This document shows, in pieces, positions 36,353 to 47,052 of a stretch of DNA of 64,000 bases (within the stretch, counting starts at the first letter, position 1; every line of letters starts with the position of its first letter). Source of the stretch: Candidatus Poribacteria bacterium. Lineage in GTDB: Bacteria > Poribacteria > WGA-4E > WGA-3G. The notes below the pieces were generated by a model, which ran no database searches, was not told the DNA's origin, and saw only the letters and a list, made by a program, of their open reading frames with translations. The position numbers were made by a program, and so were the translations under genes. The DNA is taken from the NCBI GenBank assembly GCA_965214095.1, contig OZ243938.1, positions 4,064,001 to 4,128,000 of the forward strand, in the 5' to 3' direction.

Positions 36353-37942
36353 TTATCTTTCTGTTGCCTGTTTAGCCTCTATAGACAATTCTTGAAGTAT
36401 TTTTGATGCAATTTCTCGGTCATCAAATGGATATCGTTTTCCGTGAATTTCTTGATAATTTTCATGACCTTTACCAGCAATTACGACAACATCACCTGGA
36501 TTTGCCTCGAAAATAGCCTTTCGAATCGCTACATGTCTCTCAGGAATACACTTAAATGCTGCATCATGTGGTAATTTTGACACAATATCTGAGATGATTT
36601 CAGCGGGATTTTCTGTGCGTGGATTATCGGAAGTAATTACACTCATATCTGCAATTTGTGTTGAAATTGATCCCATTTTCGGACGTTTTCCTCTGTCACG
36701 GTCCCCACCACAACCAAATACTGAAATTAGTTTCCCTTCTGAGATTCCGCGTGCAGCTGTAAGGACATTTTCCAGTCCATCAGGAGTATGTGCATAATCT
36801 ACAATCACGGCAAAATCTAAATCACTCTTCCTATTTGATATTACACGTTCAAAACGTCCAGGCACCACTGTAGTTGAAAGACCTTCTTGAATTGCAGAGG
36901 CACTACAGTTATAACGTAAACCTACACCTATCGCAGCAAGTGCATTGTAGATATTATACGCCCCGAGTAAACTTATAGACACATTTAACGCTTTGATTTG
37001 TTGGTCAGTATTACTGAAATTAGTTTTGCCTGAGTTATTCAGTGTGTTTATCGCTGTGAAGGACAGTTCTTTTAGAGAACCTTCTATCTCTTGTGCCGTT
37101 ATATCAGCTTGTTTCTCAAGACCATATCTTATGATTGTATTCTCAGGAATATGTTCAACGATACGGTTCATCGCAGGGGAATCAGCATTTATTATTGCCA
37201 CTCCATCATCACTCAACTGCTCAAATAACTTCAATTTTGCAGTCAAATAATTTTCCATTGTGCCGTGGTAATCCAAATGATCCTGTGTTAGATTGGTAAA
37301 GACACCGGTTTCAAAAGTAAGACCACTCAAACGGTGTTGTGCCAGCCCTTGAGACGAGGTCTCCATAACCACATGCTCTATACCAGCATCGGCTATCTGT
37401 TTTAGCATCTCATGGAGTTGGAATGCATCTGGGGTCGTTAGTAATGCAGGAATTTCAACACTTGCTTTCTGTTGTTTACTTGAAACATTGTCGGCAACAT
37501 CATAAGAATGTCCGACTGTGCCTAATACAGCTGCATTCACTCCATTCGCCTTGAGTATTCCATGGATTAAATGTGCAGTAGAAGTTTTTCCATTTGTGCC
37601 AGTAACACCCGTTAATCTTAGTCGTTTGGCAGGATTGCCGAACCAATTCGCAGCACATAATGATTGTGCAATTCGTCCATTGGAAGTGATGACAGAAGTT
37701 ATATCCTTAGGGAAATCGAATACTTCTTTCTCTGAAATGATTACTTTGGCACCGTTCTCAATAGCACCAGCAATAAATGAATGCCCATCTACATTCAACC
37801 CTTCATAACAGATAAATGTATATCCAGGTTTGACCTTACGGTGATCACTGACAACACCAGCAATTGTCGGATTGGAGTCACCTGAGATTTTGGTAACTTC
37901 AATTCCGTCCAGAAGGTTTTGGAGTTTCATAACCCTCTCCAT
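36353..37942 (-). CDS. murE: UDP-MurNAc-dipeptide--meso-diaminopimelate ligase
   Basis: VTGTNGKTS, LTTPD, FTNLTQDHLDYH, VDYAHTPD, SDNPR (meso-DAP type), AGKGHE; start may be 37930. Confidence 0.96.
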   Translation of the reverse strand: MERVMKLQNLLDGIEVTKISGDSNPTIAGVVSDHRKVKPGYTFICYEGLNVDGHSFIAGAIENGAKVIISEKEVFDFPKDITSVITSNGRIAQSLCAANWFGNPAKRLRLTGVTGTNGKTSTAHLIHGILKANGVNAAVLGTVGHSYDVADNVSSKQQKASVEIPALLTTPDAFQLHEMLKQIADAGIEHVVMETSSQGLAQHRLSGLTFETGVFTNLTQDHLDYHGTMENYLTAKLKLFEQLSDDGVAIINADSPAMNRIVEHIPENTIIRYGLEKQADITAQEIEGSLKELSFTAINTLNNSGKTNFSNTDQQIKALNVSISLLGAYNIYNALAAIGVGLRYNCSASAIQEGLSTTVVPGRFERVISNRKSDLDFAVIVDYAHTPDGLENVLTAARGISEGKLISVFGCGGDRDRGKRPKMGSISTQIADMSVITSDNPRTENPAEIISDIVSKLPHDAAFKCIPERHVAIRKAIFEANPGDVVVIAGKGHENYQEIHGKRYPFDDREIASKILQELSIEAKQATER

Positions 37943-39848
37943 TTTTCACAAGTGTATCGTCAGCGAATGGACTGTTTCTGATTGGTGATTGACTCGGTTT
38001 TGCAGAACTTTGCTCAGTCTTAGTCTTGTAGTTAGATACTTGCGTGCCGCCTTGATTCGTTATCCGGCTTGTTCTATTAGCATATAGGGACTTCGTATTA
38101 CGTTTTTTCTTTGGTGATGAGTCAAATAATCCTATTCTCTCAACATAAGGTAGAGTCTGTTCAGCAATCCGTTTGAATATAGGAGCTGCAATCGTTCCAC
38201 TAAATCTTGCTCCACTGGGTTCATCAAGAGTAACAATAATTGCAATCTTTGGGTCATCAGCAGGTAAAAATCCCATAAAAGACATTACCTCTTTTCCTGC
38301 AGCATACCCCTTACCTTTTTCAGCTTTCTGAGCAGTCCCGGTTTTACCAGCAATCCTAACACCTTCTATTTTAGCCCGAGCACCACTACCTTTTTCAACC
38401 ACACCGATAAGAATATTAGTCATTGTTTGTGCTGTATCAGGGTCAATTACCTGCCGAATTTCAGTAGGATACGTCCTTCGGATTAAGTTTCCTCTCTCAT
38501 CTCTGATTTCCTTAGTAATATAAGGTTTGTGTAATGTTCCACCATTAGCAATAGCCGCCAACGCATTTACCATCTGTAGAGGTGTAACTGAGATACCTTG
38601 TCCAAATGGCACGGAACCCAATGAGTTTGTATCCCATCGCTTGAGCGCATATAAGTTACCACTTTGTTCATAAGGAAGGTCAACACCTGTCTGTTTTCCA
38701 AATCCAAAGTTTTCTACATAGATTTGGAACAGGTCTTGTCTAACGCCAAGTAACTCTTGCACTATCTTTATCATACCGATATTGCTAGATTTGTGTATCA
38801 CTTCAGTCAGTGTCAAATGACCTTTTCCAGATACATCCTTAATCACACGGCGTTTCGTGAGACGGTAACGACCATTCTCACAGAATACTGTTGATTCTGG
38901 TGTCATAATCCCTTCATTCAATACTGCAGACGTTGCGATTATTTTAAAGATTGACCCCGGTTCAAAGAGGTACCAAATACCAAGATTACGTTTAGCTTCT
39001 TCATTCGCATTAGTCTGAACATTGATGTCATACGTAGGGAAACTTGCCATTGCCAATATCTCTGATGTATCTACTGCAAGCACAATCGCTGTGCCTTTAG
39101 CAGCATTCCATTCCTTACATCCCTTTTCAAGCTCTTTCTCCGCTATGTCCTGAATGATTTCGTCAATGGTAAGTAGTATGTTACTACCGCTATTACCAAG
39201 AGAACTGGTGGTATATTGCGGATTAAATGAGGCAGATGTAGAATTACTTTTTCTTTGAGATATTGGTGAATGGATCCTATTAAGATAAGTTTTGTATTGA
39301 TATTCTACTCCTTCTCCCATACCTTCATCATTTAGGAAACCGATGACCTGAGAAGCAAGTGTCTTTTTCGGATAAACACGATTCGGTTCTATCTCAATCT
39401 TCAGTCCTCGATGTTCTGTTGTTATGCCTCGAATCGCTTCTAACCTATCATACTCTATTCCTTTCTTGAGCCAAACATATTCAACATAACGTCCATTCCT
39501 CTTTCGTTGGAGTAAAGTGACTAATTGGGAAGGTATGGTATCCAATAGAGGAGCTAATTCGTTGGCAACACTGGCAGCGTTAGATTTCCTATTGAAGGTT
39601 TTTGGATCAGCAGAAACTGATATCAGGTCTTGGCTAATTCCTAAAACAGTACCATGCCTATCCTGTATTTTTCCGCGTTTCACATCGTTATTGCCACCAG
39701 AACGCCAATCCCTTCGGTCTGCAAGTGCTGAATCAGCATCAGGAAATTGAATAATGAATAGTTTACCTATCAATAGGAGAAAACCAATCTGTAGGACGAT
39801 TAACACAAAAACAAGTCGTCGGATTGAGAGAAACGTGTTGCTTTTCAT
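37899..39848 (-). CDS. ftsI: Class B penicillin-binding protein FtsI/PBP3
   Basis: N-terminal TM, RGKIQDRHG, EPGSIFK (SxxK), SSN, KTGT. Confidence 0.93.
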   Translation of the reverse strand: MKSNTFLSIRRLVFVLIVLQIGFLLLIGKLFIIQFPDADSALADRRDWRSGGNNDVKRGKIQDRHGTVLGISQDLISVSADPKTFNRKSNAASVANELAPLLDTIPSQLVTLLQRKRNGRYVEYVWLKKGIEYDRLEAIRGITTEHRGLKIEIEPNRVYPKKTLASQVIGFLNDEGMGEGVEYQYKTYLNRIHSPISQRKSNSTSASFNPQYTTSSLGNSGSNILLTIDEIIQDIAEKELEKGCKEWNAAKGTAIVLAVDTSEILAMASFPTYDINVQTNANEEAKRNLGIWYLFEPGSIFKIIATSAVLNEGIMTPESTVFCENGRYRLTKRRVIKDVSGKGHLTLTEVIHKSSNIGMIKIVQELLGVRQDLFQIYVENFGFGKQTGVDLPYEQSGNLYALKRWDTNSLGSVPFGQGISVTPLQMVNALAAIANGGTLHKPYITKEIRDERGNLIRRTYPTEIRQVIDPDTAQTMTNILIGVVEKGSGARAKIEGVRIAGKTGTAQKAEKGKGYAAGKEVMSFMGFLPADDPKIAIIVTLDEPSGARFSGTIAAPIFKRIAEQTLPYVERIGLFDSSPKKKRNTKSLYANRTSRITNQGGTQVSNYKTKTEQSSAKPSQSPIRNSPFADDTLVKNGEGYETPKPSGRN

Positions 39849-39974
39849 TGTAGATTACTTCTTTCATAGAATCAAAGTGTAAACTAATACGCAATATTTT
39901 GATAATACCTATCTTGAGAAATTGATAGAAGTGTATCAAATTTGGAATACTTAGGCTTGTCAAAAAGTAACACA

Positions 39975-40298
39975 CTATCTATTCTGAAGATCTATAGGTT
40001 CTATCGTATGATCAACTAAACCTAATTCCTTATTGATTGTACGGACTCTTTCAACATCAGTCAATGCAGTCTCTTCCAATATTAGTTTGCGGATTTCATC
40101 CTGCATTTTTTCTTGCTGTCTTTCAAAGTTTGGTTTACTTTTAAAAAACACGCCTTTGGCATACGATGAAAACCATGCACTGGCACCAAAAACACAAAGC
40201 GATATTCCTAATACTATGTAGACAAATACCATGCCAACTTCTTTTTCAGGTTTCGGCTTTTCTTGAAATAGTATTTCGTAATTTTTCTGATTATGCAT
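39975..40298 (-). CDS. ftsL: Probable cell division protein FtsL
   Basis: Small single-TM protein with coiled coil, between rsmH and ftsI. Confidence 0.6.
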   Translation of the reverse strand: MHNQKNYEILFQEKPKPEKEVGMVFVYIVLGISLCVFGASAWFSSYAKGVFFKSKPNFERQQEKMQDEIRKLILEETALTDVERVRTINKELGLVDHTIEPIDLQNR

Positions 40299-40359
40299 CT
40301 TATTAATTTTATACGTTTGTTTTTAAATTTTGATACACATTATAGTGTTTATATTAACG

Positions 40360-41328
40360 CTACACTCTGGTCGCAACTCGTAATTTGGCACTACGTGCTC
40401 TTGGATTTGCATCTATTTCGCTTTGAGATGCTAACATCGGTTTTCTGGTGACAACATCTAATGTTCTCTCATGTTTGCATATACAGACCGGTGTCTTTGG
40501 TGGACAGATGCAAGTTCTTGCATAGTGTCTGATTTTCTGCTTAACAATACGATCTTCAAGTGAATGAAAACTGATAACACAAAGATGTCCTCCAGGTCTT
40601 AAAACTGATACAGCAGCGTCCAAACCACTCACTAAATTGTTTAGTTCTCCATTAACCTCAATACGTAATGCCTGAAAAATTCGGGTAGCAGGATGAATTC
40701 TCTTCACACGATGTCTATTCTTTCGGGATTCTTTTGAATGTCTTGACTTGTTGGAATAAACTTGTTCAACAATTTCAGCAAGTTGTAATGTTGTGGTAAT
40801 TGGTGACTCTGTCCTTACTTTTACAATATTCTGTACGATTCGTTTCGCATACCGTTCTTCACCGTATTCTTTGAAAATATGAATCAGTTGATCCGATGTG
40901 TAATTGTTTACAATCTGTGCTGCTGATTTAGTTAATCGTACATCCATTCGCATATCTAAAGGACCTAAATGTTGAAAACTAAATCCTCTGGCAGGTGTAT
41001 CCAACTGAAATGAAGACACACCAAGATCAAGCAGGACACCATCAACTTTACTGATCCCACAGGTATTCAATAGACATTTCAACTCAGCAAAGTTGCCGTG
41101 TATCAGAACAAACCGATCCTTGAACGGATATAATCTTTTCTCCGCAATAGCAAGCGCACTTTCATCAAGGTCAATCCCAATTAATCTGCAAGATGAATCT
41201 GAAGCCTTTAATATGCAATGACTGTGTCCACCTAACCCCACAGTAGCATCTACGTAAACACTATCTGGTTGCGGATGAAGAAAATCAAGAATTTCATTTC
41301 GTAAGACAGGTATGTGTGTTTCAGACAT
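40360..41328 (-). CDS. rsmH: 16S rRNA m4C1402 methyltransferase
   Basis: HIPVL, DATVGLGGHS, DLGVSSFQLD, LDMRMD, FQALRIEVN, FHSLEDR, NPRARSAKLR. Confidence 0.97.
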   Translation of the reverse strand: MSETHIPVLRNEILDFLHPQPDSVYVDATVGLGGHSHCILKASDSSCRLIGIDLDESALAIAEKRLYPFKDRFVLIHGNFAELKCLLNTCGISKVDGVLLDLGVSSFQLDTPARGFSFQHLGPLDMRMDVRLTKSAAQIVNNYTSDQLIHIFKEYGEERYAKRIVQNIVKVRTESPITTTLQLAEIVEQVYSNKSRHSKESRKNRHRVKRIHPATRIFQALRIEVNGELNNLVSGLDAAVSVLRPGGHLCVISFHSLEDRIVKQKIRHYARTCICPPKTPVCICKHERTLDVVTRKPMLASQSEIDANPRARSAKLRVATRV

Positions 41329-41622
41329 GCATTACCTCAAATATATTAAATGAATATAGCAAGATTTATGCCAAAAAATACGTGATTATCGTCATGTAAA
41401 CGAAATATCTTGAAAAAGAACTAAACTTAAGACATATATGCTTTTTCCTAATGTTGTATTCTGAGAATAATCTTGAATTCAATTTATGAGACTGCTATAC
41501 TTTATAAAGTTGAATAAAGGCATTATTCTGTAGTTGGATTATGTCATTCCACTGTATTACTCTATCAACAACAATATTAGATAAGGTCAATTTTTCTCGG
41601 TAAGTAAACAAGTTAGAATCTG

Positions 41623-42210
41623 ATGAAAATTGCAATCATGGGGGGCACATTCAATCCGATCCATTACGGACATTTATTATGTGCAGAACAGGTGCGCGAT
41701 GGATTAGGATATGATAGAATACTATTTGTCCCATCAGCACGACCACCACACAAATCTCAACCTGACATGGTATCCGCTGAACATCGCTATCAAATGGTCT
41801 TGTTAGCAACTGCAGACAATCCGGATTTTGAAGTGTCTCGTATTGAATTGGATCGTGAGGGGCCTTCATACACGATCCAGACAATTGAAACATTAAGAAA
41901 CAGGTATGACACATCAACAGAACTCGCATGGATTATCGGAGCTGACTCATTAATTGAATATAAGATTTGGAAAGACTTTGATGGTGTGCTGAAGCAGTGC
42001 ACAATGATCGTAACTACACGTCCCAATTATGACTTGCAACTCGTTCCATCAGAAATTCGTAACAAAGTTAAAACTTATAAAATTACAGGAATTGACATTT
42101 CTGCAACTGAAATTCGTAAACGTATAAGAAACAATCTTTCTATACAATATCTTGTTCCAGATTCTGTTGCTGACTATATCAACGAATATAAGTTATACAG
42201 TGATAAATAA
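41623..42210 (+). CDS. nadD: Nicotinate-nucleotide adenylyltransferase
   Basis: GGTFNPIHYGHL, PPHK, SYT, IGADS, ISATEIR. Confidence 0.95.
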   Translation: MKIAIMGGTFNPIHYGHLLCAEQVRDGLGYDRILFVPSARPPHKSQPDMVSAEHRYQMVLLATADNPDFEVSRIELDREGPSYTIQTIETLRNRYDTSTELAWIIGADSLIEYKIWKDFDGVLKQCTMIVTTRPNYDLQLVPSEIRNKVKTYKITGIDISATEIRKRIRNNLSIQYLVPDSVADYINEYKLYSDK

Positions 42211-42304
42211 AGTTAGATTTTTATGATTTTCGGTTTTGTGACGTTTGATGAATTAAGTTTCACGAGATATAGTTCAAATTAGTGTGCTTAGGAGTAGATG
42301 TGAA

Positions 42305-42556
42305 ATGAAGTGTAGTATCTGCGGAATTCACTATAAATTTGACTACAAAAAAGAAGAACCGTTACCGCCACATTTTCCATTTTGTAGTAAAAGGTGTAAA
42401 GCAATAGATTTGGGAAAATGGCTTAACAACGAATACAGCATTAGTACACCTATCACTGAAATTGATGGCATTACAGATTATGAATCTGGATTCAGTGACG
42501 AAAATCAAGAAGATATACTAGAGAAATTGCGTGACAAAGATACGAACAAAGTTTGA
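42305..42556 (+). CDS. yacG: YacG-like zinc-finger protein (DNA gyrase inhibitor family)
   Basis: CSIC...FPFCSKRCKAIDLGKWL...YSI followed by an acidic tail. Confidence 0.8.
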   Translation: MKCSICGIHYKFDYKKEEPLPPHFPFCSKRCKAIDLGKWLNNEYSISTPITEIDGITDYESGFSDENQEDILEKLRDKDTNKV

Positions 42557-42615
42557 GTGATGTCCATTCAGATTCTTTCTAATGTTATATCAAATTATCC
42601 AGATGACTGATCGAT

Positions 42616-43263
42616 ATGTTGACAAGTAAAACGCTTGCAGTAAACGAAATCATAGACACATCGTTTCCTGAATCAGATGACTTAAGGAATCAGCCGAAGT
42701 CAATTGAGATATTACATTATCTCATAAAGAAACTTGATCCAGAACGGCTTGAACACGTTATTTCTGTTCAGGAGACTGCAGTCGCATTGTCACGATACCA
42801 TCAGGATGCTGATGTTTGGAAAGTTAATTTGGCAGCACTTCTACATGATGTCGCGAAATGGATGAGTGACGACCAGTTGTACAAGGCTATAGCACGGTTT
42901 CAAATAGAACTCGACCCCATAGAGAAGATTATGCCTGCATTATTACATGCGATTGTGGGTGTAAAAAATGCAATTGAATTGTTCAACGTAACAGATTTGG
43001 ATATACTTGAAGCAATTCGTTGTCACACAACTGGTAATGCATCAATGGGTTTGACAGCCAAATTGATTTATGTTGCTGATTTTTCAGAACCGAATCGTGA
43101 ATATAAAGAAGCTGAACAGGTCAGACAAATGGCTAAGGCAGATTTAGACCGAGCTGTTCATTCGGTAGCACGGTATAAGATTGAATTTCTCTTGCATAAT
43201 GGTGGCATAATTCATCCAAATACAATACATACCTACAATAGCACTTTTCCTGATATAGAATAG
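42616..43263 (+). CDS. yqeK: HD-domain Ap4A hydrolase YqeK family
   Basis: RLEH, AALLHDVAK, LLHA, AIRCHTTG, IYVADFSEPNR; nadD/rsfS context. Confidence 0.88.
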   Translation: MLTSKTLAVNEIIDTSFPESDDLRNQPKSIEILHYLIKKLDPERLEHVISVQETAVALSRYHQDADVWKVNLAALLHDVAKWMSDDQLYKAIARFQIELDPIEKIMPALLHAIVGVKNAIELFNVTDLDILEAIRCHTTGNASMGLTAKLIYVADFSEPNREYKEAEQVRQMAKADLDRAVHSVARYKIEFLLHNGGIIHPNTIHTYNSTFPDIE

Positions 43264-43406
43264 GTATGAACAGGAATTGTGCGGAACAAAGGAACATATT
43301 CGCCATTAGCAAGCAATTTTCGTTTAAACCTATCAAACCTACTGAGAATTGATTACACTTAGGACCAACACAACAATAATTTCCTCACTTATAGGAGACT
43401 TATCTT

Positions 43407-43856
43407 ATGGCAACAAATAATACAATTGAAATAGTGAAAGCAGCCGCATCCGCTGCAGTAAGTCGCCGTGCACAGAATCCTGTAATTCTTGATCTTCGCG
43501 AATTAGACTGTTTTACAGATTATTTTGCAATTTTCAGTGGTATTTCTGATGTACAAGTCGAAGGAATTACAGAAGCAATATTGGATGAACTACAAGACAA
43601 ATGGGATCAGCAACCTTGGCATCGTGAAGGTGCTAAGAAAGCTGATTGGATATTATTAGATTATGTTGACTTTGTTGTTCACATTTTCTTAGATGAAAGA
43701 CGATCTTACTATAGTTTAGAACGTTTATGGGCAGAAGCACCACACGTTGAACTACCTGAGATGGAAGGGATACAAATTTTAGAAACAGAAGAAGTGTTTG
43801 ATGAGGATGAGATGGTATTGGGACTTGTTACGGCAAATGGTGAAGGACAATCCTGA
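43407..43856 (+). CDS. rsfS: Ribosome silencing factor
   Basis: DYF...SG, WILLDYVDFVVHIF, RSYYSLERLW. Confidence 0.93.
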   Translation: MATNNTIEIVKAAASAAVSRRAQNPVILDLRELDCFTDYFAIFSGISDVQVEGITEAILDELQDKWDQQPWHREGAKKADWILLDYVDFVVHIFLDERRSYYSLERLWAEAPHVELPEMEGIQILETEEVFDEDEMVLGLVTANGEGQS

Positions 43857-43879
43857 ACATTTTTTAGAAATTCATCTTA

Positions 43880-44623
43880 TTAATCAACATTACTAAGGAG
43901 AACTGTAACGTTATCTGTTCCACCATAAGCAAGTGCTCTACTGATTAAGTTTTCACTTGCTGCTTCAAGTGTAGGGGCAGACGAAATTATGTTTCGGGTT
44001 TCAGTATCATCGGTTATTAGGTCATGTAATCCATCAGTACAAGCAAGGATTATATCCCCAGGAGCAAGAGGATAGATATCAGATGCAAGTGATATTTTAG
44101 TTGTTAAGCCGATAGCTTGAGTAATAATATTTCTTTTGGCGTGGACACGACCTTCTTCTGGAGTGATTTCACCTTTCTCTACCATCTTCTGGACTAATGA
44201 ATCATCGGTCGTAATTTGTGTTAGAATGTCGTCGTGTAGAACATATAAACGACTATCACCGACATGAACGTAAGCCAAGAAACTTGGAGTAACAAAACCA
44301 GCAGTAAGCGTTGTTCCCATTCTTTGGTATTGAAGAGACTCTTGTCCCATACTATAAACGCGCTGATTTGCCTCATTTGCAAGTTTCTCTAATATGCTCA
44401 ACCGGTTGATGGGGGCTAAATCGCTCGCAGGATTAGGAGTTTCCGACACCCATTCTTCAAAAACCCTAAGAGCAACTCGGCTTGCAATATCACCACGAGC
44501 ATGACCACTCATGCCGTCTGCTATCGCAAATAGACGATTTTTTTCGTTATAATAGAATGAATCTTCGTTTCTCTCACGAAGAGAACCGATATCTGTTCTT
44601 GCTATGAAGTTCATAATAATCAT
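43880..44623 (-). CDS. PP2C-type Ser/Thr protein phosphatase
   Basis: RERNED, IADGMSGH, MGTT, HVGDSRLY, CTDGL, GGTDNVT. Confidence 0.92.
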   Translation of the reverse strand: MIIMNFIARTDIGSLRERNEDSFYYNEKNRLFAIADGMSGHARGDIASRVALRVFEEWVSETPNPASDLAPINRLSILEKLANEANQRVYSMGQESLQYQRMGTTLTAGFVTPSFLAYVHVGDSRLYVLHDDILTQITTDDSLVQKMVEKGEITPEEGRVHAKRNIITQAIGLTTKISLASDIYPLAPGDIILACTDGLHDLITDDTETRNIISSAPTLEAASENLISRALAYGGTDNVTVLLSNVD

Positions 44624-44709
44624 GTCCTCATCCCCAATATTAACACATATATAACGAAAACTATGACATTTTGTTTCAAAAAGTAATAAGTGAAAATTAG
44701 CGTCCTTAT

Positions 44710-44900
44710 ATGACAATTAACTCTGAATCTAACGATAACATACGCAAATTATCTTCCTCACCATACCATCATTTTTTTGGATACTACGGTATTGATCCTT
44801 GGGACAATTTAAGGCAAAACCACATTGCCGAAAACAGAAAAATCGTTCTTGGCAAATTTTACCATGATGAACAGTTTAAAGGAATATCTGAATGTCTGAA
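44710..44900 (+). pseudogene. Probable internally deleted remnant of a beta-propeller protein
   Basis: HHFFGYYGIDPWD is followed almost directly by RKIVLGKFYHDEQFKG, then the frame runs into the next gene out of frame. Confidence 0.4.
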
Positions 44901-45944
44901 TCTACATCTATTCAAGATTTACATAAACAGTCTATTATCATTGATGCTCATAACGATTCAATCGTCGCTCATATCCGTCGTGGAAACATCACACTTGCAG
45001 ATGAAAACACGAAAAACCAAAATCAATATAGGGGGACAATTGCCTATCTTCGTGGACCTGTACCACCAGAAGAAGATGCTATAGGGATCCAACTCAATAT
45101 TCCGAAAATGCAAAAGGGTGGAATTGATGTCGCGTTTTTTGCTGTTGATGTAACACGTGCATGGAAAAACCATCTCTCTTATGCATTGGATGCTTTTGGA
45201 TGGTTTGATACAGAGGTAAGTACTAATGAATCCGATATCTGTATTGTTCGAAATACTACAGATATTCATACAGCCAAATCAAATGGAAAACTTGGTGCAA
45301 TACTTGCTATTGAAAACAGTGAAGCCGTTGAACGAAGTTTGAATATACTCCGTTGTCTTTACAATCTCGGTGTTCGTTCTATAGGATTGACACATAACCC
45401 CAACACATGGGCTTCTACTGGGAACGATGAAGGAGAAACCGGTGGTGGTTTAACAAAATTTGGGATTCAGTTGGTGAAAGAGATGAACAAACTTGGAATA
45501 CTCGTTGATGTCTCACACATTAGTGAACGCGGTTTCTGGGATGTATTGGATGTCTCAAACACCCCAATAATTGCATCGCATAGCAATTGCAAGACATTAT
45601 GCAACCATTCTCGCAACTTGACCAACGAACAACTGAAGGCTATCGCTGTCAATGGTGGTGTCGTAGGAATTACATTTGTACCAGGATTCATAACGGAAGA
45701 TGGGTGGCAAAATAAACCACCTTTCGTAAAACTAATCAATCATATTGAGTATGCAATTGACGTGGCTGGTATAAACAATGTTGGAATCGGTTCGGATTTT
45801 GACGGGGGAGGCGATCTACTTCAAGACGCATCAGAATATCCAAGAATAACAGAAGAATTGAGTGAACGCGGTTATTCTGATGAAGCTATTCAGAAGGTCT
45901 TAGGTGGCAATCTTCTGCGCGTTTTTGGTAGCGTCTGTGGGTAA
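44892..45944 (+). CDS. Membrane dipeptidase (peptidase M19)
   Basis: IDAHND, AIEN, GLTHN, VDVSH, IASHSN, RNL, GIGSDFDG, GGNLLRV. Confidence 0.93.
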   Translation: MSESTSIQDLHKQSIIIDAHNDSIVAHIRRGNITLADENTKNQNQYRGTIAYLRGPVPPEEDAIGIQLNIPKMQKGGIDVAFFAVDVTRAWKNHLSYALDAFGWFDTEVSTNESDICIVRNTTDIHTAKSNGKLGAILAIENSEAVERSLNILRCLYNLGVRSIGLTHNPNTWASTGNDEGETGGGLTKFGIQLVKEMNKLGILVDVSHISERGFWDVLDVSNTPIIASHSNCKTLCNHSRNLTNEQLKAIAVNGGVVGITFVPGFITEDGWQNKPPFVKLINHIEYAIDVAGINNVGIGSDFDGGGDLLQDASEYPRITEELSERGYSDEAIQKVLGGNLLRVFGSVCG

Positions 45945-45966
45945 TTCGTAACATATCGGTCTAATA

Positions 45967-46962
45967 TTATTTGTCAATTGTCCTGCGTATAGTATGCCAT
46001 ACTTCATCAATAGTTATACCTTTCATACAGATATTATCCTTACATCTATCTGTGAATTGTTTACATGGACTACAAGGCACATCGTGTCTAATAATCGTAT
46101 GCGAATCTCCTATAGGTTGGAATCGATTGTGGTTACCAGGGCCGAACAGTGCTACAGTGGGTGTTTCTACGGCAGCTGCAAGATGCATGGGACCTGTATC
46201 GTTCGTTAAGAACAGATCACATTTTTCTATACAAGCAGCTAACTGACGTATCTGAAGGTTTCCAGCAAAAGGTATTGATGGACACTGCATTAGATCCTTG
46301 ACTTTATGCACAAGTTTCCCTTCCTTTGGTCCACCGAATATTATGACTTGAGCATCATAGTGTTCAACAAGTCTATCACCAATAGCAGCAAAACGTTCCG
46401 GCATCCATTCACGCAACTTCCAACCTGCACCGGGGAATAACCCGACTTTCAATTGTATCTCTGAAATACCTGATTCTTCAAATGTGTAACACGCATCAGC
46501 ACGTTCTGTGTTTGAAAGAAACATCTCCAATTGATGGTCTTCAGCAGGGATACCGGCAGCATGCAACAAATCAAAATAGTGGTCAGTGGCATGTTTGTTA
46601 CCGTGTTCTGGAACACGTAACGTACATAACATACCTTTGCCTACCCGTTCAGATGCACCACTCAAATACATCAATAATTCTGTACGTAACTTCCGTTGAA
46701 AATCAAAGATTAGCGCGAACTTTCGCTGTCGTAAAATACGTAAAATCCGCAACATCTCTCCTGTATCCTTATCCTTCGCAGACCGATTAAATTGAATTAT
46801 CTCGTTAAGGTGGGGATTCTGTCGGAGCACATCCGCTGATTGTTTTGCAACTAACATCGCAATGTAAGCATTAGGATAATGGGCACGGATGGCACGAATC
46901 GCTGGAGTCGTCAATACAATATCACCCAGAGAACTGAGACGTATAAGTAAAATCTTTTCCAT
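45967..46962 (-). CDS. Glycosyltransferase family 9 (LPS heptosyltransferase-like)
   Basis: RLSSLGDIVL, TNDTGPMHLAAA, LFGP, CSPC...C...CM. Confidence 0.9.
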   Translation of the reverse strand: MEKILLIRLSSLGDIVLTTPAIRAIRAHYPNAYIAMLVAKQSADVLRQNPHLNEIIQFNRSAKDKDTGEMLRILRILRQRKFALIFDFQRKLRTELLMYLSGASERVGKGMLCTLRVPEHGNKHATDHYFDLLHAAGIPAEDHQLEMFLSNTERADACYTFEESGISEIQLKVGLFPGAGWKLREWMPERFAAIGDRLVEHYDAQVIIFGGPKEGKLVHKVKDLMQCPSIPFAGNLQIRQLAACIEKCDLFLTNDTGPMHLAAAVETPTVALFGPGNHNRFQPIGDSHTIIRHDVPCSPCKQFTDRCKDNICMKGITIDEVWHTIRRTIDK

Positions 46963-47052
46963 TTACCATTACCTCCTTAGTATCTGTGAATGGGATACAC
47001 AAATAGTGCAACAAGTAATAATGTAGGGTTTTACTATAATTCACTTTCAATG

